The notes under the pieces were generated by a model. The model saw only the letters and a program-made list of their open reading frames with translations. It ran no database searches and was not told the DNA's origin. A program made the position numbers and the translations under genes. A DNA stretch of 64,000 nucleotides from Candidatus Levyibacteriota bacterium (lineage in GTDB: Bacteria > Patescibacteriota > Microgenomatia > Levybacterales > UBA12049): positions 112,236-176,235 of the forward strand of contig CP066685.1 in NCBI GenBank assembly GCA_016432345.1, written 5' to 3'. The first letter of the stretch is position 1, and each line of letters starts with the position of its first letter. This document shows positions 60,739 to 64,000 of the stretch, in pieces.

Positions 60739-61002
60739 ATGAACACAGTTCAAATTGCAGATATGTTTGGTTATGCGGCAGCCGGAATTGGTATTGTTAT
60801 GTTTATACCCCAAGTATTGCAGTGTATGAAGACTAAAGATACCAAAGCCATTTCAACTTTTACCTTTTTTCTTTTCGCACTCGCTTCATTGCTGTGGTTA
60901 ATATATGGAGTTTTGCTAAAAGCGTATCCAGTTATTCTTGTAAACAGCGTTCTTTTGGTTCTCAGTCTTTTTATCCTTTTCCTCAAACGTAAATACGGGT
61001 AG
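60739..61002 (+). CDS. SemiSWEET / PQ-loop transporter
   Basis: 87 aa, FIPQV, TKDT.AIS, LWLIYG; true start ATG 60739. Confidence 0.9.
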   Translation: MNTVQIADMFGYAAAGIGIVMFIPQVLQCMKTKDTKAISTFTFFLFALASLLWLIYGVLLKAYPVILVNSVLLVLSLFILFLKRKYG

Positions 61003-61039
61003 TGATTAAAAGTAAGGTAGGGTATTTTGTAATTTTGAT

Positions 61040-61294
61040 TCAATAAATCTCATGTGTGCCTACAGTATGGAACCAAATTACATCTTTTTCTTTAAATTCA
61101 AACAAAATTCTATACTGATAATTAATAGAAAAAGCCCAGAAATCTTTTAATTTTCCTGTCAATTTGTGAGTTTTTAGCCTTATATCACGAGGGTTTTTTC
61201 GGAAAATTTTTTCTTTTTTCTCTGCTTCGTCTTTAATTTTCTTAGGTAATTGTTTATATGCTTTAACAAATCTACTCGAATAATATATTTTCAT
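61040..61294 (-). CDS. RelE/YafQ-family toxin
   Basis: F.K.YK.LP, LKTHKL.G, YRI, GTHEIY. Confidence 0.88.
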   Translation of the reverse strand: MKIYYSSRFVKAYKQLPKKIKDEAEKKEKIFRKNPRDIRLKTHKLTGKLKDFWAFSINYQYRILFEFKEKDVIWFHTVGTHEIY

Positions 61295-61298
61295 TTTC

Positions 61299-61595
61299 CT
61301 ATCGGAGATCGCGAAGAGATTTTAAAATTTGACCTTTTCCTGCGTTTAATTCTTTTCTACTTTCCTGCAATTCTGTGCGGATTTTATCAATTAATCGATA
61401 CGCATCTTTTTCTGATAAGTTGACAATTTGAGCAGAAGTTTTAATTGCAAGATAATCCTCGTCTATCTTACCTGCGGTAAGACTTTTTGCCACGCCTTTA
61501 ATTCCCGTTCCAAAAACAGTCAAAAATTTTGTTATTTCCCAAAGCTCGCCTCCTGTAATTCCTGGAGTAGGAGAATAGGTTAATAATGCTGTCAT
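61299..61595 (-). CDS. Putative antitoxin
   Basis: Immediately upstream of toxin; C-terminal ES.KEL..GK....SL.DL. Confidence 0.55.
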   Translation of the reverse strand: MTALLTYSPTPGITGGELWEITKFLTVFGTGIKGVAKSLTAGKIDEDYLAIKTSAQIVNLSEKDAYRLIDKIRTELQESRKELNAGKGQILKSLRDLR

Positions 61596-61596
61596 A

Positions 61597-62031
61597 CTAA
61601 TTTGTTTTCCTTTCTTCTACTATAAATGATTTACTCTCAATATCTTTTCCATCTACATAAATAATTAAAGAATATTTACCAAAAGTCTTAAAGTCCAAAT
61701 TGCCTATATCAAAAATAAAGTTAACATCACCTTCATTTTTTGTCGCATTTGCAGGCATGGAGAATTCAACAAACAGAGGGGATGCAAGTTGCAGTTCCTT
61801 TTTATTTGCATCAAATATTTTGATCTGGATTTTCGTAGGATTTTTTTCTGTCTTTATAAAAGACACGTTTCCTACCACTGTAAATTTTAGAAACTTACTG
61901 GGTACCTTTGGCAAGAATACTCTACTAAAAATTCCTAAAATACTAATTTTTCCTAAGTTGTCTACGCTTGCAGCATCGCACAAGTGCAGAAAATTAAGTT
62001 TTAGTTTTTCCATATGCTTGTATGGTAGCAA
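61597..62031 (-). CDS. Hypothetical beta-rich protein (DUF6941-like)
   Basis: LCD.A..D..GK..ILGIF, F..FG.Y. Confidence 0.6.
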   Translation of the reverse strand: MLPYKHMEKLKLNFLHLCDAASVDNLGKISILGIFSRVFLPKVPSKFLKFTVVGNVSFIKTEKNPTKIQIKIFDANKKELQLASPLFVEFSMPANATKNEGDVNFIFDIGNLDFKTFGKYSLIIYVDGKDIESKSFIVEERKTN

Positions 62032-62052
62032 AAATAAGAGTTGAAGACAACC

Positions 62053-63474
62053 TCAAACTATTCGGGGAAACAGTCCTTCTTTTGAGGTTATTTTTGGCCC
62101 TTTGAATTGTTCTTGTATTTTTTTAGCAGTTTCGGGAAGAAATGGTTGAATATTATATCCAATGAGCTGAATTATTTCTACTGCTTCTTTCAATATGGGT
62201 TCAGCTTTTTCTTTAGAAAGTTCCCAGAGTTTTTTATCATTAATTTCTTTATTAAGTTCTGCAATTAATTCCCAAACACTAGCTAAAGCATCATTAAACT
62301 TAAATTCTTCCAAGAATTTTTTGACTCCTGGATTAAACCATAATTTTCTTTCGCTAATCTTAAAATCATTAATTTCGCAAAGTTTTGCAACTCGTGCTAC
62401 CAGGTTTCCCAGGCCATTTGCTAAATCGGCGTTATAGACTTCTTTAAATTTATCTTCGGAAAAATCTCCATCTATAAAAGGGGAAATATGATGTAAAAAG
62501 TAATAACGCAATGGGTCGGTTCCATATTTTTCGATAAGCATTAAAGGATCAATCACATTTCCTAACGTTTTTGACATTTTTTGTCCATTGATTGTTATGT
62601 ATTCGTGTACAAGAATGGACTTTTCAACAGGTAATTTTGCAGAAAGCAAAAATGCTGGCCAATAAATTGCGTGGAATCGAAGAATACCTTTCCCGATTAC
62701 CTGTACATCTGCCGGCCACCATTTGCTATATTTTTCTTCGTTCCATCCAAATCCAATACCACTTTGATAAATATTTAACGCGTCAAACCAAACATACATT
62801 CGTTGTGTTGGATCGTTTGGCACCTGTACTCCCCAATCTTTTGCCCGCTTGTTAGAACGGGAAATGCTAATGTCTTTTACTTCCTGGTTTAAAAAGGCAA
62901 GCGCTTCGTTTTTTCGATTATCAGGAATAATTTTTAGTTTATTGGATTCGATAAGATTTTTTATTTGATTTTTGTATGACGATAGCTTGAAAAAGTAATT
63001 TTCTTCGGATACTTCTTCTAATTTTTTACCAGGATGTTCAAAACACTCGCCGTTATTATCGAGTTCTTCTTTTTCGTAAAATAATTCACATCCAACACAG
63101 TATAAGCCTGTATATGCCTTTTTGTAGATATCACCATTTTTGTAGCATAGCTCCCACAATTTTTGGGAAGAGAGATGATGATTTTTATCGCTTCCTTTTT
63201 GAAAAATATCAAATTGTACTCCCAATTTTTTTGCTAAATCTTCAAACAATTTTGCGTTTGTGTCAATAAATGTTTGTAATGGAATCCTCGCTTTTTCTGC
63301 GGCTTGGACATTTTTAATTGCATTTTCATCTGATCCGCAAAGATACAACGTCTCATCGCCAATAATTTTGTGGTATCTGGCAATAACATCTGCCTGAACA
63401 AATTCAAGGGCGTGGCCAATATGCGGTTTGGCATTCACATAAGGAATAGCAGAAGTTAGGTAAAATTTAGCCAT
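62053..63474 (-). CDS. metG: Methionyl-tRNA synthetase (short form)
   Basis: PYVN..PHIGH, YC..CE, YVWFDAL, KMSKT, LFPR. Confidence 0.97.
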   Translation of the reverse strand: MAKFYLTSAIPYVNAKPHIGHALEFVQADVIARYHKIIGDETLYLCGSDENAIKNVQAAEKARIPLQTFIDTNAKLFEDLAKKLGVQFDIFQKGSDKNHHLSSQKLWELCYKNGDIYKKAYTGLYCVGCELFYEKEELDNNGECFEHPGKKLEEVSEENYFFKLSSYKNQIKNLIESNKLKIIPDNRKNEALAFLNQEVKDISISRSNKRAKDWGVQVPNDPTQRMYVWFDALNIYQSGIGFGWNEEKYSKWWPADVQVIGKGILRFHAIYWPAFLLSAKLPVEKSILVHEYITINGQKMSKTLGNVIDPLMLIEKYGTDPLRYYFLHHISPFIDGDFSEDKFKEVYNADLANGLGNLVARVAKLCEINDFKISERKLWFNPGVKKFLEEFKFNDALASVWELIAELNKEINDKKLWELSKEKAEPILKEAVEIIQLIGYNIQPFLPETAKKIQEQFKGPKITSKEGLFPRIV

Positions 63475-63486
63475 TGTTTGATTCTA

Positions 63487-63828
63487 TCATTTTTTTTGGC
63501 TGAAAGTAAGTTCGATAGTTGCAAAAATGGCAATAAGAATAATTAGGAAAAAAATATTTCGTAGGCCAAAAAAGCGCAAGAGTAAATACACAACAATGCT
63601 TGTTCCCAAAAGTATTCCCCGACGGACATTATGAAATAGGTAGCCAGAAAACGAAGAAAAGAAAATAAAAACTAAAACAAAAAAAGTTGCAGCCGATGGG
63701 ATATCTATTTTTGGTTTTTGTATATTTATAAGACTGGAAGGGGAATAAGAGAAAACAATATAGGAAAGTGCGGCAAAAGATAAAATACTTATAAGTAAAA
63801 GAAAAAGTGGTCTTTTTTTTCTCCGCAT
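63487..63828 (-). CDS. Hypothetical four-TM protein
   Basis: Hydrophobic segments, RRG motif; start likely ATG 63828. Confidence 0.65.
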   Translation of the reverse strand: MRRKKRPLFLLLISILSFAALSYIVFSYSPSSLINIQKPKIDIPSAATFFVLVFIFFSSFSGYLFHNVRRGILLGTSIVVYLLLRFFGLRNIFFLIILIAIFATIELTFSQKK

Positions 63829-63857
63829 ACAGCAAGTGTATAGGTAAGAACCCCCTC

Positions 63858-63894
63858 TTGACAATCTCTGGCACTCGTGTTATATTACTGCTAA
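63858..63894 (+). promoter_or_regulatory. hrcA promoter overlapped by CIRCE-like operator
   Basis: TTGACA-17-TATATT; CTGGCACTC-N9-TACTGCTAA at 63868-63894. Confidence 0.75.
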
Positions 63895-63901
63895 TTAGGC
63901 T

Positions 63902-64000
63902 ATGAACGATTTAACCCAACGACAAATTCAAATCCTTAGAGCTATCATCGAAGAATATATCGAAACCGCAGAAGCTGTGGGATCAGAAACTCTGGAAAAA
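63902..64000 (+). CDS. hrcA: Heat-inducible repressor HrcA, 5' part (runs off window end)
   Basis: MNDLTQRQIQILRAIIEEYIETAEAVGSETLEK; CIRCE-like site upstream. Confidence 0.92.
   Translation, partial: MNDLTQRQIQILRAIIEEYIETAEAVGSETLEK

Overview
Gene-dense, AT-rich bacterial chromosome segment using genetic code 11. Gene content and style (pilN/pilO, Pro/Thr-linker surface proteins, many GT-C glycosyltransferases, short PcrA and MetG, few Shine-Dalgarno sites) suggest Patescibacteria/CPR, probably Microgenomates; this placement is inference. In order: a de novo purine cluster (purD partial, purN, purF, purC, purE, purB, purA) interrupted by accessory cassettes; coaBC followed by archaeal-type pantoate kinase and phosphopantothenate synthetase running into dnaG-rpoD; a DEAD-box helicase; tRNA-Asn followed by an accessory stretch (CorC, ZIP, CarS-like/CDP-alcohol phosphatidyltransferase pair, VanW, Ni-SOD sodN-sodX, gene remnants); femAB-like, pcrA, tpiA, LCP; a dockerin-like surface gene split at a C9 tract; a surface glycosylation cluster; pilNO, rpsT, murJ, lepA, groES/EL, a second glycosylation cluster, tatD, SemiSWEET, a RelE module, metG and the start of hrcA. 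The most unusual signals are: (1) families of 7-bp-period micro-arrays dispersed in frame inside unrelated genes (tpiA, lepA, tatD, GT-C genes), with strand bias; (2) archaeal-type CoA and lipid enzymes in a bacterium; (3) two copies of an unannotated membrane microprotein module; (4) small palindromic in-frame insertions. No rRNA, CRISPR array or intact transposase was recognised. All family calls come from motif recognition, not database searches.
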